Of a DNA stretch of 64,000 nucleotides, positions 52,501 to 64,000 are shown one piece after another. Under the pieces are notes generated by a model. That model did no database searches. It saw nothing but the letters and a program-made list of their open reading frames with translations, and was not told the origin of the DNA. The position numbers and the translations under genes were made by a program. The DNA is from Nymphaea colorata (lineage: Eukaryota): NCBI RefSeq assembly GCF_008831285.2, contig NC_045138.2:7130001-7194000 (forward strand), written 5' to 3'. Every line of letters begins with the position of its first letter. Position 1 is the stretch's first letter.

Positions 52501-53842
52501 TATACATCTATCCACCAGTCAAATTGATATATTAGCCTATACGGTTTGGAGAAGATGGACATGAGCCTTTACAGGGTAAAGTTTTTATTACAACTAGAAG
52601 CAGCACTAATGCAAACTATTCCAACCCTGAAACCAACAGTTTTATAGTAAGTTGTTATATCCAATGTTTTTCATGCAACAATAGATATATTACTATGTAC
52701 TAATCTTGTATGTATGTAAATGCATTAGAAAAAGGTAAAGGAAAAGATAGATACTTTGTCCGAGGGAGCATTCCATTCAGCTGGCAGCAGTGAAGTCCTA
52801 TCCCAAGTGATGGGAGATGATAGCCATGGTCAAATACATACAATGGGAATATTAGGTATGAAACCTTAGCAGTTTTCTGCTGGAAGTGCAAGCAAAAGTC
52901 AGGTTGAAGTACAAAGTGCAGTATTAAAAGAACAAGTCAGTACATTACAAAGAAAGCTTGTTGTATTAGAGGAGAAATGTGCAGGATGAGCTCAAAAAAA
53001 ACATGTGCTAGAGTACGTGAACTCGAGGCAACCTGTGCTAGGGTCCTTAAGATAGAGGAAAAATGTGTAAAGGTGGATATGCTGGAAGTTCAGGTCAATC
53101 AAATCATGGCTTTGCTTGCTTGATCATTCAGTTAAGATTCGAATATATTATATACTCAACTGTCTTCTTTATTTTTTATAACAAATTTAACATTTTTCTA
53201 GGCAGATTTGCCCACATTAATTTCTCTCATTGATTCATGCCAAGTTGAATTTTTCATTAATGTACAAAATGTAATACATTAAATGTCATGTACTTGTACT
53301 ATTTTACATTTTCAATATGTGTCATGGACGGTAATTAAGTATGAATGTAATAGAACTTTTCTTTATACATTGTTACATGTATCGTATGATATATTTTTGT
53401 ATTCCATTATTTGGGTTCAATGGAATATAATGTAATATTAAAAGAACAATATAAATGTTAGTGGCGGGAAAAAAGAAACCGTCAGTAATATATTCATTAG
53501 CAATGGTAATTACATATCGATGTAAATAATTACTGACGGTTCCGTCAGTAGCTGTTAGTAATTGTCCAACCATTTACTGATGGTTACGTACATTGTTACT
53601 AAATATCACATTTTTACTGACGGTCTATTCCGTCAATAAATAATAAAATTTCACTGACAGTTGGCGATACTGTCGAGAAGTAATACGTTTTATTGATGGT
53701 CCTATTGACTCGTCAATGAATGTATCTGCTACATTGTCTACTCTGACGGGTTGCGTACGCCGTCATTAAAACTATCACTGATGGTGTTCTAACGTTTATC
53801 GACAGATTGTTACCGTCAGTCATAAGTGTTTGTTTTGTAGCG
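49536..53842 (+). mobile_element. 5'-truncated decayed CACTA (En/Spm) transposon
   Basis: Tnp2-type motifs (ICPCV, ELYPGCSRHTKLSFLVHLFHIK, LASNGFNP, LGGPVQYHWMY, PFILA.QVQQVFY); intron-split second-gene remnant at about 51800-53120; subterminal TTACTGACGG/CCGTCAGTAA repeats at 53470-53825; right terminus TTTTGTAGCG (CACTA with one change). Confidence 0.88.
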
Positions 53843-54826
53843 AAAAAGAGTCCATCAATCTTTTGATGAAGACGATAGTTATGTAAAGAAAAAAATAAAT
53901 AAAAAAAACAAGGAAGGGAGAAAAAATGAAGGGAAGTGTGAGAAAAAAAAGGGCAGAAAAAAATTAATTTCATGTTCTAGAAATTGAGAGAAATTATGAG
54001 AAGAAAGAGCCGATTATTATTATTATTATTATATTATTAAATATGTGCGCATATGCATGAGAGAGGTAGGAAATTACAAAGGTAGGCATAGGAAGCATCG
54101 GTATGCAATGGGCATGTATTTACTCGAGTCAGCATACTCAAAGTGAATCAAATGGCAAACTGATTTCAATCAATAGTGTAATATGTCATTTTCAGTTACT
54201 TTTAAATATTTTATGTTTATTATTTTAATTATAACTTATATTTATTGGATTCAAATTCAGTTTGAAAAAATCGAGTCCAAATCCAAATCCAAATCTAAAG
54301 CTGGTCGGAGTTAAACTGAATGTAGTAAACAATGGATCTGACTCCAGCAAACTGAAATCTTTGACAAGTCTGAGTTCCATTGCTCTAATTTCAGGCACCG
54401 AATCAAATCTTATATTTAAAACGTTTCCCTGCAGGAACAGCAGAGCCGGAGAACACGGGTTGAGAGTGGAGAGTTGGCAGGGGCCACAGCCAACACTTGA
54501 CATTTTGGAAAATAAAAATTTATTAATTAATATTTCAAAAAGTAAATTTAACTCCTCTAAAATTTTCAAAAGTATATGGAGCGCCTTTAACAGTCCCACG
54601 TCAGACCCATAAGAGAAAAAAAAAATAATGGCGGCACCAACTTGGCATGGATGGAGATATGGTTTGAGTTAGGGGTAAAGCTGAAATTTTTTTATTAAAG
54701 GGCACCATATATAAAATTTAAGTTTTTAAGAGGCACCAATACATAAATAAAAAAAATCATTCATAAATATCAGTACAAAAATATATATATTTTTTAAGTT
54801 TATGTAGGTAATTGCTCACACATAAC

Positions 54827-55863
54827 TAAGGCTGGGCATCGGGTCGGGCCGAGCTGGCCCGGCCCGTTAAAAATGTAAAAAACGAGGCCTGACATTATAA
54901 GCGGGCCAGCCCGAGGCCCGGCCCGTTTAGAAACGGGCCAGCCCGGCCCATGTGATATCGGGACTCAGGCTTCAACTTATGCCCGAGACTCGGCCCGGCC
55001 CGATTATTAATGGCCCGGGCCGGGCTTTTTCGAGTTAAAGGAGTTGAAGAACATAGGGAGGGAGACCAGTGAGCTTGGCACCAGTGCAGGGGAAGAAAAG
55101 CGAGGGGGAAGGAGGTGGAGAAGATGGTCGGCGACCCACAAAAACAGAGGCTTAAGTTGTAGCGGTTTTCGGATGACCCACAGGGGTGGAGAGATATAGA
55201 GGAATGGCCATGTTCCTGCCGCAGCTCGTCGGCTTCGTGCTGCTCGTCTTCATCGCGGTGGTGGTTGTGGATGGGAGTTCTTTTCAATGGGACAAGGACG
55301 CGCTGATCGACCTCAAGCAGTTCCTCCAACGAAACAACGCCGCGCATCAGGGGAAGTATGACCAGTGGACCGAGGGCGACGCTTCGCCTTGCGGCTGGTC
55401 GGGGATCGTGTGCACGGGATGCAGGGTCACCGGGATCGACCTCTCCAACTTCACGCCGCATACGCAGGGGATGTTGTACCCACACTTTCCGTCGCTCACA
55501 GCGCTCGGTTCCCTTGATGTCTCTAGCAACACCTTTAGCCGACTGATTCCGGCATACCTCGAGTAGTGCGCGTCGCTCGGCTACCTCAACCTCTCACACA
55601 ACATCCTTGAATTGGGGGGAAAGGGGGACCCTAACCGGCTAAATTGCTAACATTCAGTTTTTTGAAAAAAAAAAAAATCCTATCGGGCTTCTCGGGCCAG
55701 CGGCCGATCACAATGGCAGGCCCGAGCCCAACCCGTTAGTTACTGGGCCGGGCCGAGCCCGTTAACCTCAGCTTGGAAATTATTATTTCAAGGCCCGGGC
55801 CCAAGCCCATAACGGGCCGGGTACCGGGTACCTGGCGGTGGCCCGGCCCGGTGCCCAAGCTTA
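54827..55863. mobile_element. Pack-hAT element carrying an LRR-RLK fragment
   Basis: TIRs TAAGGCTGGGCA / TGCCCAAGCTTA; perfect 8-bp TSD CACATAAC (54819-54826, 55864-55871); arms homologous to 11138-11872. Confidence 0.93.
55204..55611 (+). pseudogene. Captured N-terminus of an LRR receptor-like kinase (At1g74360/NILR1-like)
   Basis: Signal peptide, LRRNT cap (DKDALIDLKQFLQRNN..W..SPCGWSGIVC..RVTGIDLS) and LRRs; TAG at 55564-55566, then homology continues as CASLGYLNLSHNILE and ends at the element arm. Confidence 0.85.
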
Positions 55864-57053
55864 CACATAACCCACACCAATCAGTGGCGGAGCCAGAAAT
55901 TTTTTCAGATTCCTAAGTTTTCATATTTGAAGGGGCACCTACATGTATAACAAAGTAAATATTAAACGATCTTAATGTAAAAATGAAAGAAATTTGAGAA
56001 ACTGATGTAGGAAACTGCGCACATTAACGTTTACGTAGCCTACTGACACCGATGAGGTTTTGGATCCTTGACCAGCTGACTGCTTGGTAAAAAAAAAATT
56101 GTATGGCACAGAGGGAGACATGTTTGTGATTGTGTGGACGGTAGCTGATGCGTTCTCACAAAATGTATTTTTATTCACATATTGAATCTTATAACAAAAT
56201 GTGTTTATTTATTTGCGGGTGCTACAATATTTATTTGATTTATGTATTGGAACCTATTGTAAAATGTGTTTATTTACATATTGGTGCATCTTGTCGTTCG
56301 CATATTTATATAAAGTGCTCCTCAGTCATTTTAATATTAATTTAAATTTAAATTTTTTAAAAGATCTATAGTTTCAAAAAAACTTCTACCTCCGCCGCTA
56401 ACTTATGGCCAGGGGAAAAAGAAATGTAGATTTTTCTTCCCCAGTTTCCTCGCTTTCTCTAGAAAATTTTGTAGGGAGGCGAGGCGTGCACATTTTTGCG
56501 ATCGTAGTTGAATATTCTTTTGTTGTTTCCCCACTTTCTCTAGAAAAGTTACGAACTAAGTCTACAACTTGGAGGCCGGGAGACTAGGCATGCATATTTT
56601 TGCGATCTTAGCCACTTTCTCTGGAATATTGGTTCTGGAGGAAGACCAGGTGTGCACATTTAGGCAATTTTGGTTGGAGATTTCTTCCCATACTCATGGA
56701 TGCAGACTGTTCATTTTTTACCATTTTCGTTTTCGAACATCTAATTATGTGGACGAATTCAATAACGAAAAAGCATATGAAGTACATAAATAGAGCTGTA
56801 GAAAGACGAAGACATTAATTTTCCTGTTTGATACTTTTGAGGACTTTTTTCAAAAACCTAGCAACACAAATGCGTGGAAAATGTCTGCAAATATAAGCAA
56901 AAAAATTTGAAAATTTGATGTACAGATCATACTTTTGAACTGGGAAATCTAAAAGCATCGAAATTCAGATCTTTGCATACGTTCCCATATATACATCTTC
57001 CACATCCATTGTCCAGTTGAATTTGCAAAAAAAGTAAATTAAAAAAGCCAACC

Positions 57054-57056
<3 letters not shown>

Positions 57057-57149
<93 letters not shown>

Positions 57150-57173
57150 GGAGAGATAAAGAGAGAGAGAGAG
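57057..57173. repeat. Compound (TA)n(GA)n microsatellite (similar tracts at about 2153-2229, 3478-3518, 63432-63468)
   Basis: Directly visible dinucleotide runs. Confidence 0.95.
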
Positions 57174-59006
57174 TGAATGGGAGTCACCCAGCCATATCAA
57201 ACTAGCGTCGTCCACCTAAGGAAGATGGATGGTTGAAAAACAAGAAAAAAAAAGTATGAAACTATTAGATAACGAAAATATCTCACTTTTGTGTGTGTGT
57301 GTGTGAAGCAAACATAGGTTGTCCATTTAAGTCAAAAAGCTATTATTCTTGCTATCCAGGAGCACCTTTATTTGCTTCCATTATACGGTAAGAAATAGAA
57401 GTGGACCATACTTAACTTTGTTGAATTGGGACCCCAAAAAAGCTTTCATATATAAGACCAGGCGTTCCCTTAATCTCTGTGTTTTAAGTCATTTTAACCA
57501 AACTTAACCATATAACATGGCCTACGCATATAGTTGATTTTATCAATTAAGTTCTCCCTCTACATCACATATTTTTTCCCATCTAAACAATATATTTTAT
57601 AAAAATTCTTATATATCTTTTCTCTAAATATGCCTTCTAAGTGTTTTAATATAAACCTTGTCATGTAAACATATGCATAATATATGGAATTTAAGAACAA
57701 AAAGCAATCTTTGAAATTTAATTATGGAATAAGTTTTATGAGTCATGAAATCTACGGCTGGCTGTTAAATCTTAAGATGTTATAAGATCCGATTTGTGCT
57801 TATAATTTGTTTTCCTTTTTCCTTGTGAAGTACTCCCCTATATGTTGAATTTTTGAGATCATATATGCTGCTGGATTTTTTAAAACAAGCTCCGGTAGTC
57901 ACCCCACAAGAAATTTTTCATGAAGGTCCCTGAATTAAATTTTTTAAATTTCTATTAGAGCCGAAATATCATTTTTCAAAATTTTTATATAAAATAAGTA
58001 ATTTTTTTTAAAATTTATATGTAAATTTTTAAAAAAAATTGAGGTGGAGTGAGGACTCATGCGGACCTATGTGTTTCAAGAGTCAGACACAAATTGGGAG
58101 GCAGGATTGGCTGTCGTTGTCATATAAATCAATCAGTAAATTTTGGCATACTAATTGCCATCTATTTCATACACAACTCAACTCAAATAAAGTACCTAAA
58201 TGTTAAATTTCATACATACAAATTTGATTCCAAAACATTGAGTATACACTAGGCACCAATATAGTCTTGAATCTTAAAAGCAAGAGAAAGGAAGGGTTTT
58301 GAACGCTCCCATTTGAACAGTAAGATAAAATATTTCTCTCGCTTGCCTGTGTTAAACCAACTATCTATATCATATCTATAAGACCTAATGTTCGCAAATT
58401 TTGTACACCAGAGGAGAGAGAGAGAGAGAGAGAGATGTCGTTCTCAAGTCAGTGGACAAGATGTGAAGTCTGCCCCAGTCAATACGCTATCGTAGGCTTC
58501 GAGTTAGTGATGAATGTAGGGTTGTAACTAGGGTTTGCTAACAACTTTGCCATTATTCAACCTAAACCATGGTTAGGTCAGCTTCCAAACCCATAAAAGA
58601 AAGAAGAAGGACAGAGACAAAATGGACCAAAAAAACACGGACACTTTGTTCCTACCCCACCCAGCGCCCTGCTGATTCTACGCAGAGGTCTTCATGTTCT
58701 AGAAACCACGGAGAAGAAAGAATCAATTATTTTATGTACCAAAAAAAAGAACCATTTATTTTTCTCAAGGAAGCGTGTGCTTCTGCTGAATTTGTCAGTC
58801 GACAAAAAAGTATTTTTTGAACTAAAAAATATGTAAAAATTGATTAAAAATAGAAAAAAAGCTGTTGAATGTATTCAACAAAAATAATCAAATCGAACAA
58901 ATCAGTTTGATATAAGCATATCAAAACAAATGTTCTAATTTCGTGGTCATTATTGAAAGCAAAAATCCCGCTCTCTCGTCTTTCTCATTTTCCCTCTGCC
59001 TCTGTC

Positions 59007-59013
59007 TATAAAT
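59007..59013 (+). promoter_or_regulatory. Probable TATA box of the dirigent gene
   Basis: CTATAAATA in a pyrimidine-rich context 70 bp upstream of the ATG. Confidence 0.6.
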
Positions 59014-59076
59014 ACCGACTCCATCAAACACAGACATGCCTCCCCAAACATCAGCTTCTCTGTGAAAGCCACGACA

Positions 59077-59651
59077 ATGGCATCTTCCCTCCTTCCAAAC
59101 TGCTCCACCACCATCTTCCTCTCTTGCTTCCTCTTCCTTCTTGCTGCGGCCGTGGATGCCAAACTAGTTCATAGTCAAAGAGTACTCAGCAGGCCGCTGA
59201 AGGAGAAGATGTCCCACCTCCATTTCTACTTCCACGACATCGTCAGTGGCCGGAACCCGACTGCCGTGACAGTCGCCGGAGCAAAGAACAGCACCTCGCT
59301 GACGGGCTTCGGGGATATTGTGATGATCGACGACCCCTTGACGGAAGGGCCGGAGTTGTCCTCCAAACTGGTGGGAAGAGCCCAAGGGCTATATACGCCT
59401 CGGCAGGGCTGCAGGACCTGAGCTTGCTGATGGCAGTGAACTATGTGTTCATGGAGGGGAAGTACAATGGCAGCAGCTTGAGCATTCTGGGGAGGAACAC
59501 GGGGATGCGGCCGGTGAGGGAGATGGCAGTGGTCGGCGGCAGCGGTCTGTTCAGGATGGCCCGTGGCTACGCCGTTGCGAGGACTCACTGGTTTGATGCA
59601 AACAGGGGAGATGCCACAGTAGAGTACAATGTCTATGTCGTCCATTATTAG
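59077..59651 (+). pseudogene. Dirigent protein (DIR-b/d-like), intronless, with a 2-bp frameshift at about 59390-59395
   Basis: Signal peptide, HLHFYFHDIVSG, FGDIVMIDDPLTEGP..VGRAQGLY, then after the shift LLMAVNYVF..YNGSSLSILGRN..REMAVVGGSGLFRMARGYA..VEYNVYVVHY. Removing one TA restores a 190-aa ORF. Confidence 0.9.
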
Positions 59652-59765
59652 TTAGAAGAAGCCATTGCCGATCACATGGAATCCTGAAATCTCAATTATG
59701 ACTCTTGTAGTCAGTTGGGTTGGGTTTGTTGTTCATTCTGATTCCCATTTTGCTTATACAGTAAC

Positions 59766-59803
<38 letters not shown>

Positions 59804-60150
59804 TACCTGGCAAACCTTGATTGACTAAGTGTAATTTTTTTACAAACCTACTTCAATATTAAATATTAAGGTAAAATTCATAAAACACTATAACAAGTGT
59901 CGTACGAATGTACTTCAAAATTTTTGAAATAAATTCATGAAACGTTTAGAACAAGTGTCCCAAGAATGTCTCTTAAATTTTGAGGTACATTCATGTATAA
60001 GTTCTATTGCCAAACACTTTGTAGAAGTTTATCATTTTATAATTAGTGTCCTTTAATAAAAATTTTTTAGATCTACCGCTAATTAATTCTTAGACGTAAA
60101 GATACTGCGAGACTGTTCACCGAAACTACCCATCAAAGAGAAAAAGATAA

Positions 60151-62461
60151 GGCAACGTTTGATTGCAAGGGAAAACACTATTTATCGAGGTAAAGTTCAC
60201 TTTCTTGTACGGTTTTTCCGCTTGCCATCAAACGTCGAAAATGTTACCTCGAAAAAATTGTACGACAAGGGAGATTTTAATGCGGAAATTTTTTCCAGGG
60301 ATTTTTCTATGAGCCGTTAGGGCTCTCCTCGCTTTGCTCCTTCTCACTGCTCCTCTCCCTCTGTCGAAGCCTTCTCCGCCGTCGAAGCCCTCTCCTCCTA
60401 TCAGTGCTCCTCTCCCTCTGTCGAAGCCTTCTCCGCAGTCGAAGGCCTCTACCTATGTGGAAGCCCTCTCCCCTTATCGTTGCTCCTCTCCCTCCGTGAA
60501 AGACCTGTCTTCTATTGAAGCCCTCAGAATTGCTACATCTGTTGGGGAAGCCCTCTCCTTCTCACTATCTTTTTTCTCTTCCTCCTTCGCGCTGCGTGTG
60601 GTTGGAAGAAGTAGTGTTTGTCCCATTCTGGTGAGTCTCTTTTCCACCTTTGCTTCAATCCCTCTTTATTTCCATCTTTGTTGCAATCCCTCTTTACTTT
60701 TTCCTCTTTCTAGACTTGTCTTGGATGTTCTTAGACTCTCAACCTTAGCTAACCTGCTCATGTGGACCAACTAAATTGTGCAACGGCTCTAAAGTTGGAA
60801 GCACTCTGATGTACAGGATCTTCAATCTCTGGATACCTTCACTACTTGGATGTTGTCAATGAGTTCGGATTCTACACCATTTTCTTGTTCATGCCACTCC
60901 ATCAGTATAAACTTAGAATCCTCTAGTTATATATCAGCAAAGTCTTCTAGACACCATTGTACATCGCAAAGTTTGAATAGTAATGCTTTTCTGTAAATTT
61001 CTCTCCCTTTTTGTGGTGCTTCTTATGTGTCAGCGATTATGCTAAACAACTAAGCAAGCCCCTTAACAGTAAAAAATGTCACCAGCTAACATATTAGAGA
61101 AACTAAAAATTAAATTTCAGATGGTAGAAATTGCAAATTAGAGATCTACAATATTTATAAGAGCAGTAGCTCACGAAGTATCCATCACAGTCTGATGACT
61201 TCCTACCAGTCTCCAATAAAATTGGCATGATGAGCATTGAAAAAGCACCAATCTTGTCTAGAAACTGGCAAACATGTTTGCCTTTGGCAGCCACGTGAAA
61301 GTTTGGAAAGCTTTCCAGTGGTTAGTGTCTGTCCAAAAATTCTCATAATATATAGACTTCAGTTCTCATTCACATAAACCCATGATATGCACCTGCAAAA
61401 GGGCAAAAGCTGAGCTGTACACGATCTCAGAGTAAAACAATCATCAAAGCCTTTGGTAAGAATTATGTCTGGGACCTGTTAATTTAATCTCTGCCCCACT
61501 GTAAAACAATCATCAACATGCTAATGAATCTTCCTCCACCATATGTGATTCTGCATCCTTATTGATCCTTTAACCTGTCATTTTGATTTTCAGGCTGCCA
61601 AACATCCACCAAGAGGTGCAGCAGCGTAAGATATTGTATATGGGTCTTTATCTGCTTATCTGGGGTGAGGCTGCAAACCTTCGGTTCATGCCAGAGTGTC
61701 TTTGCTACATTTATCATTTTGTAGGTGTACTTTTGCATACATTGCATGTTGGTTTTGTAAATGTTACACTAGTCCTGCTTCCTTTTCTAGTACTTTGGTA
61801 CATTTTACCTATGATTTTTAAGGTTTTTTGTTTACTTGTCATTATAGTTCCCATTCTTTCAAAATCTAATATTAGTTGGCTAATCTACAAAGTGAATATT
61901 ACACAAATTTTTTTTCAGTAATTTTATGCATGCTGTTGTTTGCAGATGGCTTTCGAACTTTATGGAATGCTTGCTGGCAATGTGAGTCCAATGACAGGTG
62001 AAACTATAAAGCCCGCTTGTGGTGGTGAGGAGGAGGCCTTTCCGAAAAAAGTGGTCACACCAATCTATGAAACAATTGCACAGGTTTATCGCTGTATCTA
62101 TTTGTTCAGATGCTAAATGAAATCTATATGTTTATTCCACCCAAGTTTCTCTATAATCCGTCTTCTATTTGATCTTGTCTTGCATAGCCATTTTATTTCT
62201 CTCGTGCATTTAAAAAGATGTATCTGATATGCATAATTGTTACGTGAGGAGATGATATCCTTTAAACGGTAAAAAAAAGTTTCCTTGAAAAAATTTTTCT
62301 GTCTATCAAACTAGGCATTTTTTCTCCTTCAAAAAAGTTCCAGGCCATCAAACATGACCTGAAACAAGAAAAAGAGAATTTTACCCTCCTGTCAGTTACC
62401 ATGGAGATTTTACCTTTGAAAAAATTCCCCCTCAAAAAAATCCAAGCCTTCAAACGTGGCC
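60151..62461. mobile_element. Pack-type non-autonomous PIF/Harbinger element
   Basis: TIRs GGCAACGTTTGA / TCAAACGTGGCC (1 mismatch); TAA on both sides (60148-60150, 62462-62464); no transposase. Confidence 0.88.
61594..62083 (+). pseudogene. Captured callose synthase (CalS/GSL) fragment: exons 61594-61720 and 61946-62083 with the intervening intron
   Basis: LPNIHQEVQQRKILYMGLYLLIWGEAANLRFMPECLCYIYHF | MAFELYGMLAGNVSPMTGETIKPACGGEEEAFPKKVVTPIYETIAQ (FKS1 domain-1 region); intact AG/GT sites; no other CalS exons recognised nearby. Confidence 0.92.
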
Positions 62462-62854
62462 TAAGTGAAAGGAAGGACGACTTAGATTGGGATAAAAAAA
62501 GAACAGGACTGCATTTTTAGTTGTTTATTTTCTTCACCTCCTTATTCATTCATCTTTCCTTTTGCCATCCGTATGCACACGCTAAATGCTTGGCGAGTAC
62601 GGTTCCATAACTGTTCCTCCTCAATGGAGAATGGGTTTGGATCCAGACACTATGTAGCCAATCTGAATCAATTAAAAAGGTTGTCCTTTCGCCCTGTCCA
62701 TTAACCGAGCAACAACGGTTACTTTGCTTTTATCATAAAGCCATGTTTGAGAGTCTTGGATCTGAGATTTGAGGGTGATCCTAAATCCAAAGTTTAAACA
62801 ACGGTTACATTACGAAAACACTGATATGTTCGATTTTTTTTTCCCTTTTTTCCT

Positions 62855-62990
62855 CCTTTTTAATGGCCTAAGAAATGTTCCCCCTCCTCTCTTTCAAACG
62901 CCTACACTTTCTCGTTCTCTCTCTCTTCTCCCTTTTTAATGGCCTAAGGAATGTTCTCTCTCCTCTCTTTGAAACGCCGACACTTTCTCA
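62855..62990. repeat. 76-bp-period tandem duplication
   Basis: CCTTTTTAATGGCCTAAG..AAACGCC.ACACTTTCTC occurs twice. Confidence 0.75.
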
Positions 62991-63428
62991 TCCTTTTTAC
63001 CTGGTGGTCCTCTAAAATTGACGACTTGCCCGTTCTCCTCAAACTCTTTGAGGACAGCAAGGTCTACCGGTTTAATTAGTCCATCAATATTTAAAAAAAC
63101 ATGATTTTCTGGCAAAAAAAATGTATAACATTATATATGTATATTTTTTCAAAAGAATCAGCATCCTTCAAATTTTTTGATTAAAATAGTCTTCTCACGA
63201 ACCTTGATTTATAATATTAAAAGTCAAAAAAAATAAAATTGAACAAATAAATCTAAGAAACAACCATATAATTATATATAAATATTATATATATATAATA
63301 AAAATATATATTTCACCACACCCCACACCCGTTTTCTGGAATGTGCTCAACATTGATACTGCATCTACATGTACACATTCCGAGACTCGCATTTCCCACC
63401 CATCCATGTAACATATTGACTATCCTTT

Positions 63429-63472
<44 letters not shown>

Positions 63473-63772
63473 AGTGTCGATATCATATAAAGTAACTGCT
63501 CTTGAAGACAATCATCTCTCACCCATGTGACACATTCACTATCCTATATATATATATATATATATATACTGCACTCATTCGGACACTCGCATCTTTCACC
63601 TATGTGACATATTGACTATCATAATATATTTAAGCTTCCAAAAGCTCTTAGACACCGTACGTCTTTGGACCGGACCGCAAGAAATGTTCAAAATTTTCTT
63701 ACCTTTCTAGATGCAACCATTCCATATTTCAGGCGTCGTTAGGAAATGACTGGTCAAACATATATAAGTTAG

Positions 63773-64000
63773 TAAGGTTGAACACGAGCCTGAGTCCCGC
63801 TCAACTCCATTCATGGATAACTGGGCTCAAGATGAGGCGAGCTTGATAGTGTTGACTGGACTCAGCCGTTACGTGTTGAGCTCGAGATCGACTTGACTAA
63901 GGCTCGACAAACTCATTTGAATAAAATTGATATTCATCGCTACGTATTAAGTTTGAGGTCAACTTGATTAAAGCTTGACAAACTCGTTTGAATAGAATTG
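63773..64000. mobile_element. hAT-type MITE (GAGCTCGA-rich), cut by the window end
   Basis: Starts TAAGGTTGAACAC; motif content like 12456-12642 and 19153-20129. Confidence 0.55.

Noticed and set aside
53470..53825. CRISPR-like spaced short repeats
   Set aside because: Eukaryotic DNA; irregular spacing in both orientations marks CACTA subterminal repeats.
55186..55566. Intact LRR-RLK gene
   Set aside because: No transmembrane or kinase domain; homology ends inside hAT termini.
55883..56400. MITE bounded by CAGTGGCGGAG / CTCCGCCGCTA
   Set aside because: TIR-like ends but no matching TSD, so boundaries are unsupported.
60334..60774. 146-aa Pro/Ser-rich extensin-like ORF
   Set aside because: Arises from short repeated motifs (TCGAAGCC.TCTCC) in the Harbinger element arm.
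61583..62083. Functional callose synthase gene
   Set aside because: Only two of the many expected exons, enclosed in a TIR element.

Overview
Flowering-plant nuclear DNA (species not determinable here), about 60% transposon-derived. Host genes: the 3' 11 coding exons of a cystathionine beta-lyase gene (72-9443, one GC-AG intron), an intact intronless BCS1-type AAA-ATPase (21631-23211), and a dirigent gene with a 2-bp frameshift (59077-59651). The region 24.9-54 kb is a TE stack. A young Copia with TG..TA ends sits inside an older Copia, which sits inside a Harbinger-like remnant. There are also a duplicated decayed Copia block, an LTR element whose two LTRs now face opposite ways because of an inversion, and a 5'-truncated CACTA. 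The most notable signal is host-gene capture by three TE superfamilies in one window. A Pack-hAT family has two members with the same termini but different cargo, one being an LRR-RLK N-terminus. Two Pack-PIF/Harbinger elements carry callose synthase exons and a RanBP1-like exon. A Copia carries an antisense RNA Pol I RPA49-like fragment in its leader. All alignments were done by eye and protein identities come from remembered motifs, so they need BLAST/HMMER confirmation.
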